64,000 bases of DNA from Coraliomargarita sp. (lineage in GTDB: Bacteria > Verrucomicrobiota > Verrucomicrobiia > Opitutales > Coraliomargaritaceae). The stretch is taken from NCBI GenBank assembly GCA_965216325.1, contig OZ244160.1:2560001-2624000 (forward strand), read 5' to 3'. Made by a program: the position numbers and the translations under genes. Below, piece after piece: positions 34,023 to 44,994 of the stretch (position 1 is its first letter; each line of letters begins with the position of its first letter). The notes beneath the pieces were generated by a model. The model was given only the letters and a program-made list of their open reading frames with translations, was not told the origin of the DNA and searched no databases.

Positions 34023-34532
34023 ATGAGCGAAGAGCAAGCAAACCCATCCGCAGAAGAAGAAAAGGTCGACGCAGTAGCCGCTGCTGAAGCACCCGAAGCA
34101 CCTGTAAAGAAGGAAGAAACCGCAGAGGATCTCCTTAAGAGCGATCTTGACGGTGTTAAGATCCGTCGTGCTAAGGGCAGCAAGAACATTACCTCCGGTA
34201 TTGTGAATGTGCTCGCTACTTTCAACAACACTAAGGTGACCTTCACCGATGCACGCGGCAATGTGATCTCCTGGTCCAGCGCAGGTAAGTGCAACTTCCG
34301 CGGTTCCCGCAAGTCCACTGCATACGCAGCTCAGGTCGTAACACAAGACGCAGGCCGCGTCGCTGTTTCCCACGGCATGAAGGAAGTCGTCGTTAAGCTG
34401 AAGGGTCCAGGTATGGGCCGCGACTCCGCTGTTCGTGCACTCCAATCTTTAGGCATGGTCGTGACTGAAATCGTTGACGTCACACCCGTTCCACACAACG
34501 GCTGCCGTGCTCCAAAACGTCGTCGTGTCTAA
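34023..34532 (+). CDS. rpsK: 30S ribosomal protein S11 with an acidic N-terminal extension
   Basis: TFNNT, GSRKST and [11 protein letters not shown]. Confidence 0.98.
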   Translation: MSEEQANPSAEEEKVDAVAAAEAPEAPVKKEETAEDLLKSDLDGVKIRRAKGSKNITSGIVNVLATFNNTKVTFTDARGNVISWSSAGKCNFRGSRKSTAYAAQVVTQDAGRVAVSHGMKEVVVKLKGPGMGRDSAVRALQSLGMVVTEIVDVTPVPHNGCRAPKRRRV

Positions 34533-34593
34533 GGTGTAATCTGCCACCTGGACGCACTCAATACTCCGCAGAACAAAACCAGAATAGAATACC

Positions 34594-35202
<609 letters not shown>

Positions 35203-35278
35203 TCAGTTAGTTAGGGTTGACCTCAGGTTAATTCTACTAGACGAATTTATAATTTCTTAAACCCGTTAACAAAGAAAT

Positions 35279-36285
<1,007 letters not shown>

Positions 36286-36302
36286 TTAACCTACCCGAAA
36301 GC

Positions 36303-36879
<577 letters not shown>

Positions 36880-36908
36880 TTCTTCTGACTTTAAGAAAGA
36901 CTTGAATA

Positions 36909-36940
36909 AGCGTCTCGGAGTAATCCGGGGCGTTTTTTTT
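36909..36940 (+). terminator. Intrinsic terminator ending the alpha operon
   Basis: gcgtctcgga-gtaa-tccggggcgt followed by a T-run. Confidence 0.88.
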
Positions 36941-37251
36941 CGGTCCAGTTGGGAACCGGTATCCGGACTACTGGAAGTTGGTGAAATTGATGTGGGCAGA
37001 GGCGGAAATTGGTTTCAAACGGGTTAAATGAGCCTGTCATTTGCATTTTTGAATGGCTCTGTTTACATATGTTTTAGCTAACTATCTGACATGCATCATG
37101 TTACTCCTTACGGCACTAAAATTGCCGTTTTTATCGCATATTTACTCGAAATTACCCTGAATCGCGTTAGGGTAGATTTCGTTATTTTAAATCGTGGCTG
37201 CGAGCGATTCGCGCCTGTAGTCGCAACACACTAACCCACAACCACACGTAT

Positions 37252-38856
37252 ATGAAAATCACCCAAAAGCTCCTCGGAGTATCTGCAGTTGCAGGGATGA
37301 TCTTCGTCGGTGCCACGCAGCTTACAGCGCAGCGCGAAGTCGATGAAGGTAAGAACTTCACAGTCTCAGATTCTCCTGAAACGACGGTATTCAATCTTCA
37401 GAATCCGTCTACCAATCGTCACATCCACGATCTGGATCGTGATGAGCCGAAGCCTGCGCCAGCTGAGCCAGCACCAGTCGTCGATTGCGATCCAGGTGTT
37501 GTCTCCAGTAGTGTCGACAAGTATGCAGTCAGTCTCGACAAGTCTGCGCCTGCTACAGTTGCGCTGAATGAGCCTTACACATACTCTTACACGGCCACTG
37601 CGAAGCAGGACCTGAAGAAGGTTGTGGTTGAGGAGCAAATCCCATCCGGAACCGTTTATGTTTCCAGTGATCCGGAAGCGGACGTGAAGGGCAGCAACGT
37701 AACCTGGACACTTTACAACCTTGAGGATGGCCAAAGTGTGCCACTCACATTGGTTGTAAAGCCAACGACTGTTGCCGACCTGAGCAACTGCGCCACCATC
37801 ACTGCATATCCAGAAGCTTGCACCACAACAACTGTTGGTCAGCCTAAGCTCGCGATCACTAAGACCACTCCAGAGGAGCGTGTCCTGATCGGTTCTGGAG
37901 TGCCTTGGGATATCACTGTTACCAACGTGGGTGATTTCTGCGCATACGACGTCGTTGTTACAGATACGCTTCCATCTGGTGTGACACACGAAAGTGGTGA
38001 GAAGACACTTACTACTGAGATTGGCACACTTGCTCCGGGTGAAAGCCGTGATATCTCTGTCGACACCACTGCTGCGGCAACTGGTCAACACTGCAATGTT
38101 GCGCGTGCGGATTCCTCCAATGCAGGTTCCGCTCAAGACGACGCATGTGTCACCATCGTTGAAGCTGGTCTTGATATCGTCAAGGACGGTCAAGACATGC
38201 AGTTCCTCGACAAGACGGCAACTTACACCATCAAGGTCACTAACACCGGTGACGTTGCTCTCGATGACGTAGTCGTAACTGACACTGCTCCAGCTGGCAC
38301 TGAAATCGCTTCTGCACCAGGTGCTGACGTTAGCGGCAACACAGCTACATGGACAACTGCGCTTGCAGCTGGTCAGTCCAAGACATTCGACCTCAAGCTT
38401 GTTGGTCGTGAGCCTGGCGTTCTTTGCAACGAAGCAACTGCTGCCTCCGACAACTACGGCTTGAGTGATACGGACGATGCTTGCACCGAGTGGAAGGGCT
38501 ACCCAGCGCTTCTCCTTGAGGTAATCGATAGCCATGACCCACTGCTTGTTGGCGAAGAAACAACCTATGTGATCCAAGTAACTAACCAGGGCACCGCACC
38601 TGACACCAACATCGACATGAAGGCAGTCGTTCCTGCTGGCCTCGAGTTGGTATCCGCTTCTGGTGACACTAAGGGTAGCATCTCTGGTAACACAGTTACC
38701 TTCGCTCCATATCCGAAGCTCGAAGCTAAGGAAGTTATCCAGTTCCGTGTGATTGCTAAGGCAACCGCAACGGGTGACAAGCGCTTCAAGGCTTATATGA
38801 CCTCCGACCTCCTCAAGGATCCAGTTCCAGAAGAGGAAGCAACCCAGGTCTACTAA
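37252..38856 (+). CDS. Exported cysteine-rich DUF11-repeat protein (OmcB-like)
   Basis: Signal peptide; repeated I.VTN.GD....DVVVTDT.P.G units; paired Cys residues; WKGYPALLLEVIDSHDP. Confidence 0.85.
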   Translation: MKITQKLLGVSAVAGMIFVGATQLTAQREVDEGKNFTVSDSPETTVFNLQNPSTNRHIHDLDRDEPKPAPAEPAPVVDCDPGVVSSSVDKYAVSLDKSAPATVALNEPYTYSYTATAKQDLKKVVVEEQIPSGTVYVSSDPEADVKGSNVTWTLYNLEDGQSVPLTLVVKPTTVADLSNCATITAYPEACTTTTVGQPKLAITKTTPEERVLIGSGVPWDITVTNVGDFCAYDVVVTDTLPSGVTHESGEKTLTTEIGTLAPGESRDISVDTTAAATGQHCNVARADSSNAGSAQDDACVTIVEAGLDIVKDGQDMQFLDKTATYTIKVTNTGDVALDDVVVTDTAPAGTEIASAPGADVSGNTATWTTALAAGQSKTFDLKLVGREPGVLCNEATAASDNYGLSDTDDACTEWKGYPALLLEVIDSHDPLLVGEETTYVIQVTNQGTAPDTNIDMKAVVPAGLELVSASGDTKGSISGNTVTFAPYPKLEAKEVIQFRVIAKATATGDKRFKAYMTSDLLKDPVPEEEATQVY

Positions 38857-38878
38857 GACTCAGCAGTCTCAAACTTTC

Positions 38879-38911
38879 AGAGGTGTCCGCAGTGCGGGCA
38901 CCTCTTTTTTT
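38879..38911 (+). terminator. Intrinsic terminator; stem-loop targeted by the group IIC intron
   Basis: agaggtgtccgc-agt-gcgggcacctct followed by a T-run, 2 nt before the intron 5' end. Confidence 0.9.
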
Positions 38912-38913
38912 GT

Positions 38914-40827
38914 GTGCGCCCGGCAGGGCGCACTTACTCGACAGTGATTATTAATGGAAATTGATGAAAGTCTGTTACTCGCCCGGCAAGGGGAAGAGTT
39001 AGCCGAAGGGCAACTGCGGCATCGCGAGGTGTTCGTGGGAAGGAAGCCTATGGCAAAGCACTGGCCTGACGAACAGGAATCGCATAAGAGGCGTTTGCGT
39101 TGGATGAGGAGGCACAGAACTTCAAAGTCCGAAACTTGCCCGGAAAGCGCAGGCGTATATGCGGCAGGCATAAGTGTGACGGTAAGTGCGCATTACCCGG
39201 GGAGGTCTCTGAACATGCTACTGGCTACCAGTGTCGCGAGGCACTGGGATGTGTTTAGAGAAGTCAGCCGAGATCATAGTAGCCTGCACAGGTCGCGGGC
39301 GAAGGATCGAACCGAAGAACGACAACAAGGACTGAGACCATGAGCGAGAGCAGGGAAGCAGAAGCTGGCGGCACCACCCGTCAGACCCGCGTGGAAGGAA
39401 CCGGACGGCATCTGGGGCGAGTCCATGCGGGCGCATCAAGCGCGCCATCGGCCTTGGAGAACCGAGTTGCTCACCAATACGACCTGATTCGACAGGTGAC
39501 CGAGCGCGGCAATATCAAAGCCGCGTGGAAGAAAGTGCGCCGCAACGGCGGCAGAGCGGGCATCGACGAGCGCGACATGGAAGCCAGCCTGGCGTATCTA
39601 AATGCGCACTGGGAGCAGATCGAATCGCAGTTGCTGACCGGGAGGTATCGTCCCCCGGCAGTGCTGCGTCTGGAGATCAAAAAGCCGGGCGGGGGCACCC
39701 GCAAGCTGGGCGTTCCCACGATCGTTGACCGTGTGCTGCAACAAGCGGCCTTGCAGATACTCAGCCCGATCTTCGACCCCCTGTTCAGCGAACACAGCTA
39801 CGGGTTCCGCCCCGGACGCAGCGCAGGACAAGCGGTCGAACAGGCGCAAAAGTATCAGCACGAAGGCAAGAACTGGGTCGTGGATATGGACTTGAAGGCC
39901 TTCTTCGACGAAGTGAACCACGACCTGCTGATGGCGCGGGTGCGCCGTCATGTGAAAGACAAAGCCATGCTCAAACTGATCCGCTCCTGGCTTAAAGCTG
40001 GAGTGATGATCGGCGGGCTGGTTCAACCCACGGAGAAAGGCACGCCTCAGGGTGGGCCGCTCTCTCCACTGCTGTCCAACATCATGTTGGACGATCTGGA
40101 TAAGGAACTGGAGAAGCGCGGCCATAGCTTCTGCCGCTACGCGGACGACTGTAACATTTACGTCGCCACGCAGCGCAGCGGCGAGCGTGTGCTCGCTTCG
40201 ATCACGAACTATTTGGAGACCAAACTGAAGCTGAAGGTCAACCACCTCAAAAGCGCGGTGGATCGTCCGAGCCGCCGGATCTTCCTCGGCTACAGCTTCA
40301 CTGGGGGCAAGCATAGCCGCATTCGCGTGCCCAAACAGACGACTCAAAAGATGAAGTCCAAGCTGCGGAAACTCTGCCGCAAAGGGCGCGGGCGCAACCT
40401 GCGCCGCTTCATCGCTGAGACGCTCAATCCAGTGCTACGCGGCTGGACGAACTACTTCCGCCTGAGTCAGACGAAAACCTTCGCCGGGGAACTGGACGAA
40501 TGGTTACGACATCGCTTGCGGTGCATCCTCTGGCGACAGTGGAAACGTCCCCACACCCGCTACAGGAAGCTGGTGCAGCTTGGGCTCAGCCCCGAATGTG
40601 CACGCAAAAGCAGCTACAACGGACGCGGGGCGTGGTTTAACAGCGGAGCCTCTCACATGAACCAAGCCCTCCCACGCAAAGCCTTCACGCAAATGAAGCT
40701 CCTATCTGTCTATGATTTGCTCGAATTGATGAGAGCCGAAATCCTTCTTCGGAACCGCCGTGATACGTGAACCGTACGTCCGGTGGTGTGAGAGCTTGGA
40801 GCGGGCAACCGCTCCCGGCTACTCGAT
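38914..40827 (+). mobile_element. Group II intron, class C (IIC), apparently full length
   Basis: 5' GTGCGCCCGGCA; domain I closing stem gcgcacttac/gtaagtgcgc; domain V GAACCGCCG...CGGTGGTGTGAGAG with CGC triad; domain VI hairpin ending CTACTCGAT; located after a terminator. Confidence 0.93.
39340..40770 (+). CDS. ltrA: Group II intron reverse transcriptase/maturase, no endonuclease domain
   Basis: RKLGVPTIVDR, SYGFRPGRS, DLKAFFD, GTPQGGPLSPLL, RYADD, FLGY and LRGWTNYF. Confidence 0.96.
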   Translation: MSESREAEAGGTTRQTRVEGTGRHLGRVHAGASSAPSALENRVAHQYDLIRQVTERGNIKAAWKKVRRNGGRAGIDERDMEASLAYLNAHWEQIESQLLTGRYRPPAVLRLEIKKPGGGTRKLGVPTIVDRVLQQAALQILSPIFDPLFSEHSYGFRPGRSAGQAVEQAQKYQHEGKNWVVDMDLKAFFDEVNHDLLMARVRRHVKDKAMLKLIRSWLKAGVMIGGLVQPTEKGTPQGGPLSPLLSNIMLDDLDKELEKRGHSFCRYADDCNIYVATQRSGERVLASITNYLETKLKLKVNHLKSAVDRPSRRIFLGYSFTGGKHSRIRVPKQTTQKMKSKLRKLCRKGRGRNLRRFIAETLNPVLRGWTNYFRLSQTKTFAGELDEWLRHRLRCILWRQWKRPHTRYRKLVQLGLSPECARKSSYNGRGAWFNSGASHMNQALPRKAFTQMKLLSVYDLLELMRAEILLRNRRDT

Positions 40828-40846
40828 GCGCCGTTCGAAGGAAATC

Positions 40847-41248
40847 CTACCAATCGCAGTCGTCGGGAATCTCTTCCGGGCCGAGTAATTTCTCAATATC
40901 GCGGCGATCCTTCTTAGTCGGGCGACCTCCGCCTTCATGTTTGAACAGACGTGCGTTGGCGCGTTGTTCAAGTGCTGCGTCGATGGCTTCTTGTGGTGTC
41001 CGGTCTTCGGAGAACTCAGGCACGCGCGGTGCGCCGACGCGTTTCTCGGTCAGTCCGACCACGTGCAAGGTGCGCGTCATCGCTTTGGTGCGTGCGATGA
41101 CCGTGTCGCCAATTCGCACTTTGGCGGAGGGCTTGGCGATGACATTGTTCACCCGGACTGCCGAGCCTCGGCAAGCCTCAGCGGCATCGCTGCGCGTCTT
41201 ATACAGACGCACCGCCCAAAGCCATTTATCCAAGCGAACAGATTCCAT
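40847..41248 (-). CDS. hslR: S4-domain RNA-binding protein (Hsp15)
   Basis: RLDKWLWAVRLYKTRS and GRPTKKDRR. Confidence 0.92.
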   Translation of the reverse strand: MESVRLDKWLWAVRLYKTRSDAAEACRGSAVRVNNVIAKPSAKVRIGDTVIARTKAMTRTLHVVGLTEKRVGAPRVPEFSEDRTPQEAIDAALEQRANARLFKHEGGGRPTKKDRRDIEKLLGPEEIPDDCDW

Positions 41249-41261
41249 TTCTTCGAAAGGG

Positions 41262-41330
41262 GAACATCGAACATTTAACGTCGAACTAAGAATTCACGAT
41301 TCGACGTTGGAAGTTCGATTTTCAACGTTC
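41262..41330. repeat. Degenerate 7-bp-period inverted repeat (AACATCG/CGATGTT family)
   Basis: gaacatcgaacatttaacgtcgaa ... ttcgacgttggaagttcgattttcaacgttc. Confidence 0.65.
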
Positions 41331-42479
41331 CTTAAGGGCAGCTTTCATCTTCTCTAAGCCTTCAATTAGACGGCTTTGCGGGCAGCCAAAGTTTAGACGT
41401 ACGTGCTGGTGTCCGTCGAAGGGAATGCCATCGGAGAGGCCTACGCCGTGGTCTTCAAAGAATTTCACCGGGTTGTCCAACTCCAGCTTGCTGACGTCGA
41501 ACCAGGCTAGGTAGGTGGATTCCATCGGACGGAAGGTGATATCCGGCATTTGTTCTTTGATGAACTTGAAGAGTAACTCGTAGTTGCTTTTCAAATATGC
41601 GAGGAGCGCCTGACGCCATGGCTCACCGTGGTTGTAAGCAGCCTCGCAACCAGCATAGCCAAAGCAGTTTACCTCGGTGATGATGCCGCGGATGGTCTTC
41701 TGGAATTGTAGACGCAACTTGCTGTCTTCAATTACCGAGAATGCACAGGCTAGGCCAGGTAGGTTGTAAGTCTTGCTTGGAGCCATGAGCGTGACAGTGC
41801 GCTTCGCGATCTGCTCACTCAGTGTCGCGGTGACGATGTGCTTTGCGTCATCATCGAACACGAGGTCGCAGTGGATCTCGTCTGAGATCAGGATTAGATC
41901 GTGGCGCTCGCAGAAGTCAGCCATCTTGGTCAACTCTTCGCGCGTGTAGACACGGCCGACCGGATTGTGGGGGCTGCATAGCACGAAGACCTTGGTGTTT
42001 GGCTTTACCAACGCTTCCATCGCCTCGAAGTCGAGTGTCCAGACATCGTCTTCGTTCAGGCAAAGCGGTGCCTTGATCAGTTCGCGATTCGCGTAGTCGG
42101 GTGCGCTGAGGAAGGGCGGATAGACCGGGGTTGCGGTCATGACCGAATCACCGGGCTCAGTAAAGGCGTGGCAGCAGAGGTTGATGGCCGGCACGAGGCC
42201 AGGGAGGAAGTTGAGCCAGCTAGCCTTGGCTTCGTAGTTGTGTTGACGCTGCAGGTAATTGAGCACTGCTTCGACGGGTGCGTCGAAGGGAACGGTGTAG
42301 CCAAATACGCCGTGGTCGAGACGGGCTTGCAGCGCGTTCAGGATCTCAGGCGCAGAGGTGAAATCCATATCAGCGACCCAGAGCGGTAGGATGTCTTTGC
42401 CCTTATACTTGTCCCACTTGAGAGAGCCATAGCCCGTGCGGTCCGGGCAGCTGTTGAAATTGTAAACGGTGTCGGTCAT
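41322..42479 (-). CDS. MalY/PatB family PLP-dependent C-S lyase/aminotransferase
   Basis: LWVADMDF, CSPHNPVGRV, SDEIH, APSKTYNLPG and RLNFGCP. Confidence 0.93.
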   Translation of the reverse strand: MTDTVYNFNSCPDRTGYGSLKWDKYKGKDILPLWVADMDFTSAPEILNALQARLDHGVFGYTVPFDAPVEAVLNYLQRQHNYEAKASWLNFLPGLVPAINLCCHAFTEPGDSVMTATPVYPPFLSAPDYANRELIKAPLCLNEDDVWTLDFEAMEALVKPNTKVFVLCSPHNPVGRVYTREELTKMADFCERHDLILISDEIHCDLVFDDDAKHIVTATLSEQIAKRTVTLMAPSKTYNLPGLACAFSVIEDSKLRLQFQKTIRGIITEVNCFGYAGCEAAYNHGEPWRQALLAYLKSNYELLFKFIKEQMPDITFRPMESTYLAWFDVSKLELDNPVKFFEDHGVGLSDGIPFDGHQHVRLNFGCPQSRLIEGLEKMKAALKER

Positions 42480-42602
42480 ATGGGCGCAAAGATCAACAAG
42501 CAGTCTCGCGCCTGCAAATCATTTTGAGCTTTTGTTATTCACATCATTCGTAGATGACATGGGCGTTTATCAGGAGCACGGAAGTGCTATGATGATAAAC
42601 TT

Positions 42603-43691
42603 ATGCAAAACCCCACATCATCTACACGGACAACTAAGAACGCACTGGGCACAGTAATCAAGCTTGGCATTGACGTGCATGCGAGCACCTACGTGGTGGT
42701 CATGAAGATCGATAGCAGCGCCCCTTCACGCGCGAAGCGCATGAAGCCTGATATCTTCCTTCGATGGATTAAGCAGCTGAGCACTCAGTGCGAGCAGTTG
42801 CAAAGTTGCTACGAGGCCGGTCCTTTTGGTTACAGCCTGCACCGCAAGCTCAAGGCGATGGGCGTGAACAACCACGTAATCCGCCCGATCAACTGGGACA
42901 CTCATGGTAAGAAGGTAAAGACCGACGCGCGTGATGCGTTGCAAATGGTCTTGAGTCTGGACGGCTATCTGCGGGGCAATGACCGCAGCTTCAGTGTCGT
43001 GCGTGTGCCCAGCGAGCAAGAAGAGCGTCACCGCAGCCTAACCCGGCAGCGTGAAAGCTTCGTCAAAGAACGTGGCCGTGCGGCCAAGCGTGGTAAGAGT
43101 CTGGGACTGTATTACGATCAACCCTTACCCAGCGGCTGGTGGAAGCCGCGCAAATGGATGCAGCTACTCGAACAGCTCGACGATTTTTTGATCAGCCTGC
43201 TGGAGCCACTGCGGTTAAACTGCCTGCACTTTAGCGAGCTAATCAGCAACATCGAAGAACGTATCGAAGCGCTCGAGCCGGAACGGGTGCTGCCTAAAGG
43301 CATGGGGGTGGTCCTCTATGAACAGATCGAACGTGAGGTCTGCAACTGGAAGCGATTCAACAACCGCAAGGCGGTCAGTTCCTTTACCGGACTGTGCCCA
43401 AGCGAAGACACTAGTGCAAATCGGCGTTTCCAGGGCTCGATCAACAAACACGGCAGTCCCCGCCTGCGGCATATGCTACAAGAGTGCGCCTGGTTATTGA
43501 TCCGGTGGAATCCCGGCTACAGTGGGGTGCGTAAATGGCAGGCCAAGCTCAGCGACGAGACCACCAGTAAGGCGACCCGCAAGAAAATTGCCGTGGCCAT
43601 CGCCCGGCAGTTCGCCGTGGACTGGTGGCGCATACGCACTGGCCAATGCAGTCTCGAAGACTTCGGACTGATAAGCAGACAAAACCCATAA
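42603..43691 (+). CDS. IS110 family DEDD transposase/recombinase
   Basis: LGIDVH, CYEAG and KTDARDA (DEDD); C-terminal TGLCPSEDTSA...INKHGSPRLR with the conserved serine; IAVAIAR. Confidence 0.94.
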   Translation: MQNPTSSTRTTKNALGTVIKLGIDVHASTYVVVMKIDSSAPSRAKRMKPDIFLRWIKQLSTQCEQLQSCYEAGPFGYSLHRKLKAMGVNNHVIRPINWDTHGKKVKTDARDALQMVLSLDGYLRGNDRSFSVVRVPSEQEERHRSLTRQRESFVKERGRAAKRGKSLGLYYDQPLPSGWWKPRKWMQLLEQLDDFLISLLEPLRLNCLHFSELISNIEERIEALEPERVLPKGMGVVLYEQIEREVCNWKRFNNRKAVSSFTGLCPSEDTSANRRFQGSINKHGSPRLRHMLQECAWLLIRWNPGYSGVRKWQAKLSDETTSKATRKKIAVAIARQFAVDWWRIRTGQCSLEDFGLISRQNP

Positions 43692-43756
43692 GTCCGAACC
43701 AACGCTAAAGGCCTTCACCCTCTGATTTTAACGTTCTTTTGCAGTTTTCCTTTGTG

Positions 43757-43902
43757 CGGAGTGAGTCTGACCAAGCCCCTGTTGCCAACACAACGATTTT
43801 GTAGAATAGGCCACTTCGCCACCAAGCTTTTGAATGACCCAATGGATAGGTCATAGTGTGCTCTTCTGAGAAACACTCAGAAACACGGATAGCAGGTTAT
43901 CC
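43757..43902 (+). ncRNA. Candidate bridge/seek RNA core with two internal loops
   Basis: Two stem-internal loop-hairpin modules folded by eye; loop strands match the element's junction sequences (see findings). Confidence 0.62.
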
Positions 43903-44103
43903 CGGATCATCGAAACTCCGAGGCCATGCGCGGTGGACGCTCAAAGACGATTGCAATCAAAACAAACCACTTATCTTATGTAAAAACACTCACACGCTTC
44001 TACACTCTTGACAGAAACGAACATAGCAGGGGCTTTGCTTGCGAAGCCCGCAGTTTGTTCGATAGATCTAGCAAGCGCGTTCGGCTTGCTTTGTGCGGGC
44101 GTA

Positions 44104-44133
44104 GTGCGCACCGAGACGGTGCTGCGCTACCAA
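44104..44133 (-). repeat. GTAG-type REP-like palindrome, copy 1
   Basis: 30/30 identical to the reverse complement of 54287-54316; internal hairpin gcaccg-aga-cggtgc. Confidence 0.85.
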
Positions 44134-44187
44134 CTTTTCCGCGAATAGGCTTCTAACTTCCAACTTCTCCCTTCTAACTTCTTAAGC

Positions 44188-44865
44188 ATGAAAGCACGCA
44201 ACAAACTGGCCGAATCCACCACTCCTGACGGTGCGCCGATGGCGCTCTATGAGCATGACGGTCATTATTCGATCAGTTTTCAGGGGCAGGAACTGATGCA
44301 CTCGGATGCTTCGGCCTCTGAACTTCGTTTGGGGGAATTGGGCATTGAGCAATTGGATCCTGAGGGTGCCCCTCGCGTGTTGATTGGCGGACTCGGCTTA
44401 GGTTTTACGCTCCAGTCGACGCTGGCAGGACTTGGATCGGAGGCTCGGGTCGATGTCGCGGAGCTGGTGCCGAAGGTTGTCGAATGGAACCGTGAGTATT
44501 TACAGAGCTTGAATGGGGCACTTGTCGATGACCCGCGCGTGAATATGATTGTGGGCGACGCCGTTGCGTTGATTCGCAAAGCCCCCCCAAATACCTACGA
44601 CGCCTTGATTCTCGACGTAGACAATGGTCCGACGGGAATGGTAAAGCCCAGCAATAGCTCGCTCTATTCCGCCAAGGGACTCTATGCTGTCAAGACGGCG
44701 CTCAAGCCTGGTGGCCGCGTAGTCTTTTGGTCGGCAGGCGAAGACCAATATTTCAAAGCACGCCTCGGCCGAGTCGGCTTTCGCGTCGGTGTGGTTCCGG
44801 CCAAGGTCCACGAGCGTGCGAAACGTGCTGCTTACCGAATCTATATTGGGGATAAAAAGGGCTGA
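44188..44865 (+). CDS. Spermidine synthase-like SAM-dependent transferase
   Basis: VLIGGLGLGFT, AEL and DALILDVDNGP. Confidence 0.85.
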   Translation: MKARNKLAESTTPDGAPMALYEHDGHYSISFQGQELMHSDASASELRLGELGIEQLDPEGAPRVLIGGLGLGFTLQSTLAGLGSEARVDVAELVPKVVEWNREYLQSLNGALVDDPRVNMIVGDAVALIRKAPPNTYDALILDVDNGPTGMVKPSNSSLYSAKGLYAVKTALKPGGRVVFWSAGEDQYFKARLGRVGFRVGVVPAKVHERAKRAAYRIYIGDKKG

Positions 44866-44866
44866 A

Positions 44867-44972
44867 GAACATCGAATAGTGAATTGTGAGCAGGACGATG
44901 ACAGCTCAACGCCTGATCGTCTTTAGAGAGCTTATTTAAGGTTCAATGTTCAGTGTTGAACGTTCGATGTTC
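44867..44972. repeat. AACATCG-family inverted repeat between convergent genes
   Basis: GAACATCGAA (44867) / TTCGATGTTC (44963), plus the 7-bp-period run gttcaatgttcagtgttgaacgttcgatgttc. Confidence 0.65.
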
Positions 44973-44994
44973 AAGCTGCGGGCACCCGCAGCGC

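Larger units (their letters stand above)
42571..44030 (+). mobile_element. IS110-family element, IS1111-type layout (long non-coding region downstream of the recombinase); ends inferred
   Basis: CAGG at both proposed junctions (42571-42574 and 44027-44030); short inverted repeat TGCTATG (42585) / CATAGCA (44022); TTGACA at 44008 near the right end. Confidence 0.7.

Noticed and set aside
38954..39343. 129-aa ORF upstream of the reverse transcriptase
   Set aside because: Lies within ribozyme domains I-III of the intron; considered spurious. The RT context is a group II intron, not a retron, DGR or defence RT (no TR/VR or msr-msd seen).
42551..44026. Alternative IS110 boundaries with a TAG core (tcgTAGatgac / acaTAGcagg) and imperfect ATG-starting inverted repeats
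   Set aside because: Gives a fair left-target match (tttgtag vs ttcgtag) but poor donor-guide matches, whereas the (C)AGG model explains three of four guides in parallel positions. Disfavoured, not excluded.
43926..44156. 76-aa ORF after the IS110 transposase
   Set aside because: Crosses the predicted IS end and a REP palindrome; no motif
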